Assembly (NCBI GenBank): GCA_951406725.2
Contig: OX597840.1
Location: forward strand, 5,704,001-5,768,000
Reading direction: 5' to 3'
Source of the DNA: Octopus vulgaris
Lineage: Eukaryota
DNA length: 64,000 nt
Shown here: one piece after another, positions 19,137 through 33,639 of the stretch
How positions within the stretch are numbered: the first letter of the stretch is position 1
How the letters are laid out: every line of letters begins with the position of its first letter
Program-made: the position numbers and the translations under genes
Notes under the pieces: model-generated
Database searches by the model: none
Told to the model about the DNA's origin: nothing
The model's input: only the letters and a program-made list of their open reading frames with translations

Positions 19137-19443
19137 TACAAACATACATACATACATACATACATGCATACACACATACATACATACATACATACATACA
19201 TACATACAAACATACATACATACATACATACATACATGCATGCATGCATGCCTACATACATACATACATACATGCATAAATCAACCCCAAGATCTGGCAC
19301 TTATTCTATCGGTCTTTTGTCGAACCGCTAAGTTACGAGGTCGTAAACACACCAACACCGGTTGTCAAGCTGTGCTGGGGACAAACACGAACGCAAAGGC
19401 ACACACACAAATATATATATATATTTATATTTATATATATTTA

Positions 19444-19492
<49 letters not shown>

Positions 19493-20006
19493 AATATAAG
19501 AGAGTGGTCACTAAGTAAAATTACATTTAATTCATTAATAGCGAAACAATTGTCCCAAAATAATCTGTATTTTTGTTATTTTTTATTTGCCCTGTCCGTG
19601 TGAGCTAACAATCGTACTGACTTTCATGGTAAGCATGTATTTTCGTGGTTGAAACCTTTTGGATTAACTGGTGCTAGAGTGAGCAATATAGTGACCACTC
19701 TCTTATATTTATTTTGTAAAAATATTATAATATGTTATAAAATATTATAATAATCCAGGTTTCTCGAAGCACTAGGCCACTTGGTGTTGAATAAATATAC
19801 TATTAAATTAGTATCTAATTCTCTCACCCTTATTAATTAATTATAATTATGCTGCATTTATTTCTAAATGCTGTATTTGTTTTCCGTGAAAGTTTGGCGC
19901 GCTGTTGGTTGGGGCATTTGAATTATAACGTCGGATGTAATCAATTGAACCACACGCGTATTTATCGTTATGGTAAAATCTGGCGTGTGATTGAGTGGAT
20001 TTCATC

Positions 20007-20102
20007 CAGATAGTCTTGGCTGACGAGCTACAAATGGATTTTTTTGTAAGTAAAATTACATTTAATTCATTAATAGCGAAACAATTGTCCCAAAATAATC
20101 TG
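20007..20102 (+). ncRNA. Type I hammerhead ribozyme, canonical core, predicted cleavage after C20089
   Basis: Stem I CAGATAGTCTTGG/CCAAAATAATCTG (11 of 13 pairs); CTGACGA 20020-20026; stem II GCTA/TAGC extended by AATGGATT/AATTCATT and TGTAA/TTACA; GAAAC-AATT-GTC 20078-20089. Confidence 0.9.
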
Positions 20103-20541
20103 TATTTTTGTTATTTTTTATTTGCCCTGTCCGTGTGAGCTAACAATCGTACTGACTTTCATGGTAAGCATGTATTTTCGTGGTTGAAACCTTTTGGATT
20201 AACTGGTGCTAGAGTGAGCAATATAGTGACCACTCTCTTATATTTATTTTGTAAAAATATTATAATATGTTATAAAATATTATAATAATCCAGGTTTCTC
20301 GAAGCACTAGGCCACTTGGTGTTGAATAAATATACTATTAAATTAGTATCTAATTCTCTCACCCTTATTAATTAATTATAATTATGCTGCATTTATTTCT
20401 AAATGCTGTATTTGTTTTCCGTGAAAGTTTGGCGCGCTGTTGGTTGGGGCATTTGAATTATAACGTCGGATGTAATCAATTGAACCACACGCGTATTTAT
20501 CGTTATGGTAAAATCTGGCGTGTGATTGAGTGGATTTCATC

Positions 20542-20637
20542 CAGATAGTCTTGGCTGACGAGCTACAAATGGTTTTTTTTGTAAGTAAAATTACATTTAA
20601 TTCATTAATAGCGAAACAATTGTCCCAAAATAATCTG
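20542..20637 (+). ncRNA. Second copy of the hammerhead, predicted cleavage after C20624
   Basis: Same motif 535 nt downstream; CTGACGA 20555-20561, GAAAC 20613-20617. Confidence 0.9.
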
Positions 20638-20906
20638 TATTTTTGTTATTTTTTATTTGCCCTGTCCGTGTGAGCTAACAATCGTACTGACTTTCATGGT
20701 AAGCATGTATTTTCGTGGTTGAAACCTTTTGGATTAACTGGTGCTAGAGTGAGCAATATAGTGACCACTCTCTTATATTTATTTTGTAAAAATATTATAA
20801 TATGTTATAAAATATTATAATAATCCAGGTTTCTCGAAGCACTAGGCCACTTGGTGTTGAATAAATATACTATTAAATTAGTATCTAATTCTCTCACCCT
20901 TATTAA

Positions 20907-20938
<32 letters not shown>

Positions 20939-21101
20939 CATATACGACGGGTTTCTTTCAGTTTCCGTCTACTAAATGCACTCACAGGGCTTTGGTCGGC
21001 TGAGAATATAATAGAAGGTACTTGACCAAGGTGTCACGCGTGGAACCGAACTCTGAACCATGTGGTTTGGAAGCATGCTTGCCACACACACACACACACA
21101 T

Positions 21102-21309
21102 ACTCTTTTACTTCTTTCAGTCATTTGACTGCGGCCATGCTGGAGCACCGCCTTTAGTCGAGCAAATCGACCCCGGGACTTATTCTTTGTAAGCCCAGTA
21201 CTTATTCTATCGGTATATTTGCCGAACCGCTAAGTGACGGGGACTTAAACACACCGGCATCGATTGTCAAGCAATGCTAGGGGGACAGACACAGACACAC
21301 AAACACACA

Positions 21310-21401
<92 letters not shown>

Positions 21402-21497
21402 TACGACAGGCTTCTTTCAGTTTCCGTCTACCAAATCCACTCACAAGCCATTGGTCGGCCAGGGGCTATAGCAGAAGACACTTGCCCAAGATGCCAC
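21102..21497 (-). mobile_element. SINE-A lacking its tRNA head
   Basis: Matches family A body and tail. Confidence 0.9.
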
Positions 21498-21599
21498 ACA
21501 TATATATATAATGAATATCAAGTACCGGGGTTGATATATTCGACTTAACCCGTCCCCTAGGATTACTGGTCATGTGCCATAATTTGAAAATTTATATTG

Positions 21600-22170
21600 C
21601 GATATGGTTGACATCGTCAGTGCTGGGTATGTTTCTGGATTCGTGTACTTTGCTGAGAAGTGTTTCATGATTGACAGAGAGAACTCGATTACGTTGAACT
21701 AAGATCGTTTATTCATTTATTATTGTTGGTACTATCGGACCGTATCCTATAGGGCTTTGCATGTCGGTGGGAGGATTTTCTGGTGAGGTCGTTATATTGT
21801 CTTGCAGTTCTCTTTGGGCATACAGCTTATTCAAATGTCAAAAGACACCGTAGCAAATGGGTCTTCCACTTCACTTGTGGCCCTTTCTTTGCCATCGCAC
21901 ACTCACCTGGATTCCGTAAAGATATTCTTCTATATGATATAGCTGTTCTTCTAGATTCATTCACGTTCAAACTGAATTCATATTTCACCGAATTCATATT
22001 TCACAGGATCGTTAGTTTTTGGGGTTTTTTTTGCGGAGCGCTGTAAAGTTTTCTCTCTGGTCTTTGAGAGTGATGTATGATTTTGGTTTGGTTAGGCATT
22101 CTTTTGAATTATATAGTTGGTTTCACATCAAGTATTCATATTAGTTTTCTTATGGATGTTATGCATGTTT
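21600..22170 (-). pseudogene. Highly degenerate Penelope-like RT fragment, interrupted by a Helitron-related piece (~21805-21980)
   Basis: YITLKDQRENF...DPVKYEFGEI and FNVIEFSLSI resemble PLE motifs ITLKDHKENF..NPAKSEIG and FDIxxFYPSI; the insert matches ~27363-27535. Confidence 0.55.
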
Positions 22171-22179
22171 TATTGTAAT

Positions 22180-22583
22180 AGGCGTAGGAGTGGGTGTGTG
22201 GTAAGTAGCTTGCTTACCAACTACATGGTTCCGGGTTCAGTCCCACTGTGTGGCACCTTGGACAAGTGTCTTCTACCATAGCCTCGGACCGACCAAGACC
22301 TTGTAAGTGGATTTGGTAGACGGAAACTGAAAGAAACCCGTCATATATATGTATATGTATATATGTGTGTTTGTGTGTGTGTGTGTGTGTCTGTGTTTGT
22401 CCCCCCAACATCGCCTGACAACCGATGCTGGTGTGTTTATGTCCCCGTAACTTAGCAGTTCGGCAAAAGAGACCGATAGAATAAGTACTAGGCTTACAAA
22501 GAATAAGTCCTGGGGTCGATTTGCTCGACTAAAGGCGCTGCTCCAGCATGGCCGCAGTCAAATGACTGAAACAAGTAAAAGAG
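22180..22583 (+). mobile_element. SINE-A, full length
   Basis: A/B boxes, internal TA/TG tract, tail. Confidence 0.93.
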
Positions 22584-22596
22584 TATATATATATAC

Positions 22597-22627
<31 letters not shown>

Positions 22628-22649
22628 CATATATATATACATATATATA

Positions 22650-22689
<40 letters not shown>

Positions 22690-22691
<2 letters not shown>

Positions 22692-22934
22692 GGAGTAAAC
22701 ACATAAATGTGAAACAAGGTGGAAAAAAGAGTACTCAAATACCAGTGGTAGAGTAATATGCTTTATTTTAAGCAGCAGAAAATTCAACAAAATCTGTTAC
22801 TCTGAGTTTCTCGTTGCCGTTCATCAGACAGTTTTTGCTAGAAGAAAACTTTTTCTAGCAAAAACTGTCTGATGAACGGCAACGAGAAACTCAGAGTAAC
22901 AGATTTTGTTGAATTTTCTGCTGCTTAAAATAAA

Positions 22935-22935
<1 letters not shown>
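22690..22935. mobile_element. TA-embedded palindrome (22761-22935) with a minimal hammerhead in each arm
   Basis: Plus-strand copy 22865-22902: CTGT-CTGATGA-ACG-GCAA-CGA-GAAAC-TCAGA-GTA-ACAG. Confidence 0.8.
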
Positions 22936-22971
<36 letters not shown>

Positions 22972-22976
<5 letters not shown>

Positions 22977-23308
22977 GAAATATTAAAATTACTAAGTCTC
23001 TCTAAAAGAGAACAGCGGCAGCGTTCCCGGAAAATAATAGTTATCGCCATACTAATATGGCATTTTTATAAAAATAAGAATAAAGCTGTCCACTTATTAG
23101 CTCCATGAGGCCATCGCCTTAAGTTAGCTATTTGATAGCTGCCGGTCAAGTAGTGTGGAGCGACTGACCTCCCTTGTTCGAAGGTTATATGGATACAGTT
23201 TGTGTATCAAATAGCTAATTTAAGGCGATGGCCTCATGGAGCTAATAAGTGGACAGCTTTATTCTTATTTTTAAAAGAATGCCATATTAGTATGGCGATA
23301 ACTATTAT
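22972..23308. mobile_element. TA-embedded fold-back, ~104-bp arms (23034-23137 and 23205-23308)
   Basis: ATAATAGTTATCGCCATACT / AGTATGGCGATAACTATTAT; no hammerhead seen. Confidence 0.8.
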
Positions 23309-23519
23309 ATATATATATATATATGCGTTTGCGTGTGTGTATTCATGGCGCAGGCGTAGATGTGTTGTAGGTTTGTTTCACAACGACATGGTTCCAGGTT
23401 CAGTCCCACTGCCTTAGGAAAGTGTCTTCTGCTGTGACTATGTGCGCCTCTGTGTGTGAACATGTGTATTTCTGTGTATGTATGTGCGTGAGTTTGTGGG
23501 TGTATAAGTTTGCATGCTC

Positions 23520-23918
23520 TTACTCTTTACTCTTTTACTTGTGTCAGTCATTTGACTGCGGCCATGCTGGAGCACCGCCTTTAGTCGAGCAAATCGGCCC
23601 CGGGACTTATTCTTTGTAAGCTCAGTACTTATTCTATCGGTCTCTTTTGCCGAACCGCTAAGTTACGGGGACGTAAACACACCAGCATCGGTTGTCAAGC
23701 AATGCTAGGGGGACAAACACAGACACACAAACACACACATACATATATATATATATACATATACACGACAGGCTTCTTTCAGTTTCCGTCTACCAAATCC
23801 ACACACAAGGCATTGGTCGGCCCAGGGGCTATAGCAGAAGACACTTGCCCAAGATGCCACGCAGTGGGACTGAACCCAGAACCATGTGGTTGGTAGGCAA
23901 GCTACTTACCACACAGCC
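23520..23918 (-). mobile_element. SINE-A
   Basis: Family match. Confidence 0.93.
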
Positions 23919-23957
23919 TGTGTGAGTTTGTATATATTTTTGAGTCTATCGATGTGC

Positions 23958-24052
23958 GTGTTTGCGTGGGTGTGCCGGTTAATGTTTGCGTGGGTGTGCC
24001 GGTTAATGTTTGCGTGGGTGTGCCGGTTAATGTTTGCGTGGGTGTGCCGGTT
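23958..24052. repeat. 24-bp minisatellite (TGTTTGCGTGGGTGTGCCGGTTAA) x4
   Basis: Direct reading. Confidence 0.95.
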
Positions 24053-24465
24053 AGTATGCGTGTATGTATGCATGTGTTAATTCGTGGGTGTCTCTTTTAT
24101 TTCTGCGTGTCTATATGTGTGTGCGTGTGCTTCGTGTGTGTATATACGCATTTGTCTTTGTGCGTTTGTATTTGAGTCGTGTGTGGCTGAAAGACGGATT
24201 GGTGACTTTAGATGAGTAGGAGGGGTGTGTGGAGGTGGGATATGAGGCTTTGGGGGGTCGTGGGGGGGGCGTTAGGTTTTGTGGGGTTGGGGATTGGAGG
24301 TTGAGGTTTGAGGATGGGGTTCTTCTCACTTCATGAATGGAATGATGGATGATTGTGTCATGGAAGATGTGCGTGGGTGTAGATATGTGTATGTGTGTGC
24401 CTGTATATATACATGTGCGCGTATGCATTATATATGTATGTATGCTTCTAGGTATATAGTATATG

Positions 24466-24509
<44 letters not shown>

Positions 24510-24578
24510 TATATATGTATATATGTATTTATATATGTATGTATATATATAGATGTGTGTGTATATATATATATATAT

Positions 24579-24982
24579 AGGCGCAGGAGTGGCTGTGTGG
24601 TAATTAGCTTGTTTACCAACCACATGGTTCCGGGTTCAGTCCCACTGCGTGGCATCTTGGGCAAGTGTCTTCTGCTATAGCCCCGGGCCAACCAAAGCCT
24701 TGTGAGTGGATTTGGTAGACGGAAACTGAAAGAAGCCTGTCGTATATATGTATATATATATGTGTGTGTGTGTGTGTGTTTGTGTGTCTGTGTCTGTCCC
24801 CCTAGCATTGCTTGACAACCGATGCTGGTGTGTTTACGTCCCCGTCACTTAGCGGTTCAGCAAGTGAATAAGTACTGGGCTTACAAAGAATAAGTCCTGG
24901 GATCGATTTGCTCGACCAAAGGCGGTGCTCCAGCATGGCCGCAGTCAAATGACTGAAACAAGTAAAAGAGTAAAGAGTAAAG
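24579..24982 (+). mobile_element. SINE-A, full length
   Basis: Family match; tail-to-tail with the next copy. Confidence 0.93.
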
Positions 24983-25102
24983 ATATGTATATATGTGTGT
25001 GTGTGTATGTATGTATATATATAGATGTGTATGTATATATATGTATATATATGTGTATATATATGCATATATATATATATGTATTCTTTTATTCCCTTAT
25101 TC

Positions 25103-25322
25103 CTTTACTTGTTTCAGTCATTTGACTACGGCCATGCAGGAGCACCGCCTTTAATAAAGCAAATTGACCCCAGGACTTCTTTTTTTGTAAGCCTAGTACT
25201 TATTCTATCGTTCGTTATTGCCGAACCGCTAGGTTACGGGTAAGTAAACGCACATGCATTGGTTGTCAAGCGATGTTGGGGAAACAAATACAGACACACA
25301 CACATAAACACACAAACATATA

Positions 25323-25366
<44 letters not shown>

Positions 25367-25370
25367 AACA

Positions 25371-25419
<49 letters not shown>

Positions 25420-25582
25420 GACGGGCTTCTTTCAGTTTCCCTCTACCAAATCCACTCACAAAGCTTCGGTCGACCCGAGGCTATAGTAGAAAAAAACTTG
25501 CCCAATGTGCCACGCAGTAGGACTGAACCCGGAACCATGTGGTTGGTAAGCAAGCTACTTAACACACAGTCGCTCCTGCACC
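25103..25582 (-). mobile_element. SINE-A, full length, expanded internal TA tract
   Basis: Family match. Confidence 0.92.
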
Positions 25583-25754
25583 TATGTCTAACCAGCTGAA
25601 ATTGCAAAGATAAGCTGGGACTCGACTGAGGATAGAGGGCTTCGAATGACCCGTCCTTGTTTTCTTTGTATCGTCTATATGGATGTTTTGTTGTCCCTTT
25701 TTGTATCATCTAGTTGTCCGGATGTCTTGCGTTCTTGTCCTATTTTGCATGTTT

Positions 25755-25833
<79 letters not shown>

Positions 25834-26044
25834 TGTGTGTGTGTTTGTTTGTTTCTTTGCGCGTGCGCAAGTGTGTGTGTGTTTATATAGGAGCAGCTGT
25901 GTGGTAAGAAGCTTGCTTCCTAAACGCATGGTTCCAGGTTCAGTCCCACTGCCTGGCATCTTCAGCAAAAGTTTTCTTCTATAGCTTTGGGACGACCAAA
26001 ACCTTCTGAGTAGATTTGGTAGACGAAAACTGAAAGAAACGTGT

Positions 26045-26100
<56 letters not shown>

Positions 26101-26199
26101 AGAGATTCTGTCCGTTTGTGTGTTTGTTCGTTTTTGTGTCCACCAAAATGGAACAAATGGTTCAAGGGAAGCTATTGTGCTTTTTCTATATCTCCTAAT

Positions 26200-26524
26200 G
26201 TGAGGGCGTGTGGCTTAGTGGTTAGGGCATTCGGCTCATGATCGTAAGGTTGTGAGTTCGATTCCCGGCGACGCGTTGTGTCCTTGAGCAAGACACTTTA
26301 TTTCACGTTGCTCCAGTCCACTCAGCTGGCAAAAATGAGTTGTACTTGTATTTCAAAGGGTCAGCCTTGTCACTCTCCTGTGTCACGCTGATTATCCCCG
26401 AGAACTACGTTAAGGGTACACGTGTCTGTGGAATGCTCAGCCATTTGCACGTTAATTTCACGAGCAAGCTGTTCCGTTGATCGTATCAGCTGGGACCCTC
26501 GTCGTCGTAACCGTCGGAGTCTTT
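26200..26524 (+). mobile_element. tRNA-derived SINE family D with 13-bp TSD
   Basis: A box TGGCTTAGTGG, B box GTTCGATTCC; TSD TATATCTCCTAAT at 26187-26199 and 26525-26537. Confidence 0.92.
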
Positions 26525-26878
26525 TATATCTCCTAATATGCTATTGCTTAATTTGTCTCAACAAAAATTATGCAATGGTGTAACGCTAATTGTATGCAAG
26601 CCTATGAGGAACTGCATTGAGGCAAATATTCTCACTACTTGTTGTAAAGATAACACCATCTTCGTTCTTCGTATACCAGTTATACTATCTCATGTCTCAT
26701 TCCGATTTAAGCTGCTACAGTTTCCTACTCCACTTTATTTTACCATGACCATTAATAAAACTCATGGCCAAACACTAAAAGTTGCTGGATTGCAACTTGA
26801 AGAAGCAGAAGTTCGTGTATAGAATCCATCTTCTTCTACTTCAATATTACATGCTTTTCTCTTATATAATATACACAT

Positions 26879-27291
26879 ACCTATTTCTTTATTACCCACA
26901 AGGGGCTAAACATAGAGGGGACAAACAAGGACAGACATAGGTTTTAAGTCGATTACATCGATCCCAGTGCATAACTAGTACTTATTTAATCGACCCCGAA
27001 AGGATGAAAGGTAAAGTCGACCTCGGCGGAATTTGAACTCACAACGTAACGGCAGACGAAATACCTATTTCTTTATTACCCACAAGGGGCTAAACACAGA
27101 GGGGACAAACAAGGACAGACATAGGTATTAAGTCGATTACATCGATCCCAGTGTGTAACTGGTACTTAATTTATCGACCCCGAAAGGATGAAAGGCAAAG
27201 TCGACCTCGGCGGAATTTGAACTCAGAACGTAACGGCAGACGAAATACCGCTAAGCATTTGGCCTGGCGTGCTAACGATTCTGCCAGCTCG
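26879..27291 (-). mobile_element. SINE family B (Nin/Deu-like core), dimer with 184-bp period
   Basis: Core GCCTTTCATCCTTTCGGGGTCGATAAATTAAGTACCAG; unit repeats at 26879 and 27063. Confidence 0.9.
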
Positions 27292-27760
27292 ACATACCGG
27301 ACGAGTAAACTTAAATCTGTAGTCGTAGCCTCACCCTGGTTCAAATTCGAAACTGAATCTTTCAGTTCTCTTTGGGCATACAGCCTATTCAAATGTCAAA
27401 AGACACCGTAGCAAATGGGTCTTCCACTTCACTTGTGGCCCTTTCTTTGCCATCGCACAGTCACCTGGATTCCGTAAAGATATTCTTCTTTATGATATCG
27501 CTGTTCTTCTAGCTTCATTCACGTCCAAACTGAATCTTTCAATTCTCTTTTGGCATACCGCCTATCCAAACATCAAAAGAAACAGTGACAAATGAATGGT
27601 CCCTTTGATCTGTAGCCTTTTCAGTGCCATCGCAATCACCTAGAATCCGTAAAACTATTCTTCTATATGATATACCCATTTTTCTAGCTTCTCGGCCCGA
27701 GAAACAGCAAAATTAATTACCCGATGAACGACGGATATTACTGCTAGAATATTATATTAG

Positions 27761-28070
27761 GTGGAGGCGCAATGGCCTAGTGGTTAGGGCAGCGGACTCG
27801 CGGTCTTAGGAGCGCGGTTTCGATTCCCAGACCGGGCGTTGTGAGTGTTTATTGAACGAAAACACCTAAAAGCTCCACGAGGCTCCGACAGGGGGTGGTG
27901 GTGATCCCTGTTGTACTCTTTCACCACTCCTTCTCTCACTCTTTCTTCTCTTGGCCTGCTCGCTTAGCCAGCGGGGTGGCGTCATTCGAAGGCTAAAACA
28001 ATGCGAACGCATTGTGACCAGCGATGTGTGGCAACATCTGATGGTCTGGTCGGTCACGTGGTCACGTGAT
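27761..28070 (+). mobile_element. tRNA-derived SINE family C with 12-bp TSD and RTE-derived tail
   Basis: A box TGGCCTAGTGG, B box TTCGATTCC; TSD ATATTATATTAG at 27749-27760 and 28069-28080. Confidence 0.92.
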
Positions 28071-28157
28071 ATTATATTAGAAGAAAAATCAAAACCAAGG
28101 CAGAACAAATAACTCAAATAATTTAGAATAATTTAATTAAGGTAAGGCGAATTTGAA

Positions 28158-28233
28158 GTCTTACGGGTATTTCTGGAATAACCCAAGTGGTTGGATAACA
28201 TACCCGTGCACTGGGTATTCCGTCATTAGAGAC
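28158..28233 (-). ncRNA. Degenerate hammerhead relic
   Basis: GTCT-CTAATGA-CGGAATACCC...GGGTTATTCCA-GAAAT-ACCC-GTA-AGAC; G5 is mutated. Confidence 0.5.
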
Positions 28234-28545
28234 AATGTATGAATATTTAAGAATAACCGATTATAGCAGCGACTCCATCTAAGAATATCTGAAGAAGGAA
28301 TATTCTTCCGAAATATCATATCAGACTATGGGTGACTGAATTACAACTGGTATATAGCCCATTAATTATAGTGCATTGTTGTACCATTCAAAACTTCTTA
28401 TTCTTTACAAACAATACAATGCTTCAAGCGAACTACAATACTCTCATATATATATATAAACACACACATATATGTGTGTGTCCGTGTTTGTCCCACCCAG
28501 CATCACTTGACAACCGATGCTGGTGTGTTAACGTCCCCCGTAACT

Positions 28546-28618
<73 letters not shown>

Positions 28619-28694
28619 CGGACTTCTTTCGGTTCCCGTCTACCAAATCCATTCACAAGGCTTTCGTTGGCTCAAGGATAAACTACAAGGCACT

Positions 28695-31187
<2,493 letters not shown>

Positions 31188-31358
31188 ATATACAAAGACC
31201 CGCACTCCAGGATCTCAGCATTCTTCCTTAGCAATTGTTTTTTTAGCCAGAAGGCAATCCAGCAATGACCATCCAGCCTTCAATTATTGAGAGAGATCCT
31301 CTATGTGATTTTCTGACAAACCAGAAATAGTACCACCGAACATTCATAAAATCACATA

Positions 31359-31755
31359 GGTGTAGGAGTGGCTGTGTGGTAAGTAGCTTGCTAACCAGCC
31401 ACATGGTTCCGGGTTCAGCCCCACTGCATGGCATCTTGGGCAAGTGTCTTCTGCTATAGCCTCGGGTCAACCAATGCCTTGTGAGTGGATTTGGTAGACG
31501 GAAACTGAAAGAAGCCTGTCGTATATATGTATATGTATATATATGTATGTGTGTATTTGTCCCCCTAGCATTGCTTGACAACCGATGCTGGTGTGTTTAC
31601 GTCCCCGTCACTTAGCGGTTCGGCAAAAGAGACAGATAGAATAAGTACTGGGTTTACAAAGAATAAGTCCCGGGGTCGATTCGCTCGACTAAAGGCGGTG
31701 CTCCAGCATGGCCGCAGTCAAATGACTGAAACAAGTAAAAGAGAGAGTAAAGAGT
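31359..31755 (+). mobile_element. SINE-A, full length
   Basis: Family match. Confidence 0.93.
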
Positions 31756-32394
31756 TAAGAAGAATCGACGGGAGAAGCATGGCTGGAAAGCCTCTGATCA
31801 CAGAGCTACTTAATAAGTACTGACTCGAGGCTACACTGCAAGTATTGAGTAAGGATACTACCCAACCTTCAAGAAACAGTAGCCAAATCTCCCTCTAATC
31901 ACACTTTATGTTATATAAATGCACTTCTAAGTTCTCTGTATATTATGAAAAAGGAGGATAGTCACGGTTGGATTGTCTTTGATCATATGTTTGTTCATCT
32001 TCAAGAAGGATGCCACGATGTTGAGTCTCTGCATATAGAGTGAAAGGCAGGATGATCACTGTTGCAATGTCTTTGATCATAGGTCTACTTAGTCGGAGCA
32101 GACCTGGGGTTAAACAACAATTGCTAAGGAAGATTGTCATTCAGTCTGTTAGAAATAGCAGCCAACTTTCCCTGAAATCACACCCTACGTTGGATAAGAT
32201 GATCTTGATGGTGGTGGTGGATCTTTGCAACTAGAAAAGAAGGCGGGATGGTCACGGCTTGAATGTCTTTAATCATAGTATAGCTCGTGCTGAGCAGACT
32301 TAGTTAATGATAGCAACATTCGCTCGATCGATCTATCAGTCAGTTGGTCAATCAACCAATCAACCAATCAATCGATCAATCAATCAATAATTTT

Positions 32395-32495
32395 CATTCA
32401 ATGCACATGGAACATAGGGCGGCGTCAATAAAAGAGTTCTCAACCCGTTTCGATCTTTGGCAACGGACTGCAGTTGTTCCCAGGTGTAGCCGCCT
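32395..32495 (-). mobile_element. RTE 3' tip
   Basis: GYTWEQLQSVAKDRNGLR followed by a (GATT)n tail. Confidence 0.55.
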
Positions 32496-33080
32496 GGTAG
32501 TGAGGTATGAGACGTTTTGGCACAGCTGTTTCGGCACCACCTATTTGGCGTCGCTGATTCTACGCTAACTTATTTTACATTACTATTTCTCTCATTCTCT
32601 CTCCTCTTCATCTCTCTCTTTCTGTCTTGCTCTTCCTCTCTCCCTCTATTTATGTAAGTACATTTCTCTTTATGTTTCTAAGAAGCAAAGTGTTTACATC
32701 AATTATGTTCAATTAATAAATTGTAATAGCTCTCCCTCTCCTTCTCTCCATCCCTCTTCCTATCTCGCTCTTCTTTTTCCTATCTCTCTCTTCCTACCTC
32801 CCTCTTCTTCTCACTCTCTCGCCTTTCTCTCTGTTCATGTGTGTGAGCATTATTCTCGTTATGTGCCAGAGGAGAGGGAAAGTGCCTATATCAACCATTT
32901 TCGATTAATAAACTGTAATTCCTTCTAATTTTGAAGTGAGATAGTCGATTATACCGACCCAAATACTTTACCAGTTCTTCAATTTAGCGGCCCCGAAAGG
33001 AATAAGCACAAGATTGACGACAGCGATATTTAAACTCAGAATGTAAAGAACCGGAAGAAATGTCGCTAAAGAAATGTCAT

Positions 33081-33472
33081 GAAGGCGGCGAGCTGCAAGA
33101 AGCGTTAGCATGTCGGGCGAAATGCTCAGCGGTATTTTGTCTGCCGTTACGTTCTGAGTTCAAAATCCGCCGAGGTCGATAAATTAAGTACCAGTTAAGT
33201 ACTGGGGTCGATGTAATCGACTGAATTCGTTTGTCTGTCCTTGTTTGTCCCCTCTATGTTTAGCCCCTTGTGGGTAGTAAAGAAATAGGTATTTCGTCTG
33301 CCGTTACGTTCTGAGTTCAAAATCCACCGAGGTCGACTTTACCTTTCATCCTTTCGGGGTCGATAAATTAAGTACCAGTTAAGTACTGGGTCGATGTAAT
33401 CGACTTAATTCGTTTGTCTGTCCTTGTTTGTCCCCTCTATGTTTAGCCCCTTGTGGGCAATAACGAAATAAG
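33081..33472 (+). mobile_element. SINE-B dimer
   Basis: Family match; junction AAATAGGTATTTCGTCTGCCG near 33285. Confidence 0.9.
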
Positions 33473-33639
33473 AAATTTCGCTGTGGTGCCCCAGCATGGC
33501 CGCGGCCTTTGGGCTAAAACATTTTTAGGGATTTTAAGGAATGTGCTAACGGTTCTGCCAGCTTTCCCACCCCCTGGGGTACTCCCTCAATCTGCATGTG
33601 TGCATTTCTGTTCGTAAGTATGTATGTGTGTGTGTGTGT

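Larger units (their letters stand above)
19487..20914 (+). mobile_element. Retrozyme-like or Penelope pLTR-like tandem array: 2.6 x 535 bp with a 27-bp inverted left end
   Basis: Units start at 19512, 20047 and 20582; 19487-19513 is the reverse complement of 19689-19715; (TA)n on both sides. Confidence 0.85.
19281..21090 (-). mobile_element. Diverged SINE-A copy split by the 535-bp array
   Basis: Tail half 19281-19410 and head half 20940-21090 are collinear around the internal (TA)n. Confidence 0.8.
26090..27747 (+). mobile_element. Deleted Helitron with a PIF1 helicase C-terminal fragment (26538-26822) and nested SINEs
   Basis: MLLLNLSQQKLCNG...LQFP...FTMTINKTHGQTL; Helitron-like 5' TATATAAGAGAG..TGTCCGTTTGT; 3' hairpin TACCCG..CGGATA then CTAG. 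Outer boundaries are inferred. Confidence 0.7.

Noticed and set aside
19512-20914. CRISPR array or ordinary satellite
   Set aside because: No spacers or cas genes, eukaryotic context; the ribozyme and inverted end point to a retroelement.
27761-27840. Genuine tRNA genes at SINE heads
   Set aside because: No complete cloverleaf; each continues into a SINE body, some with TSDs.
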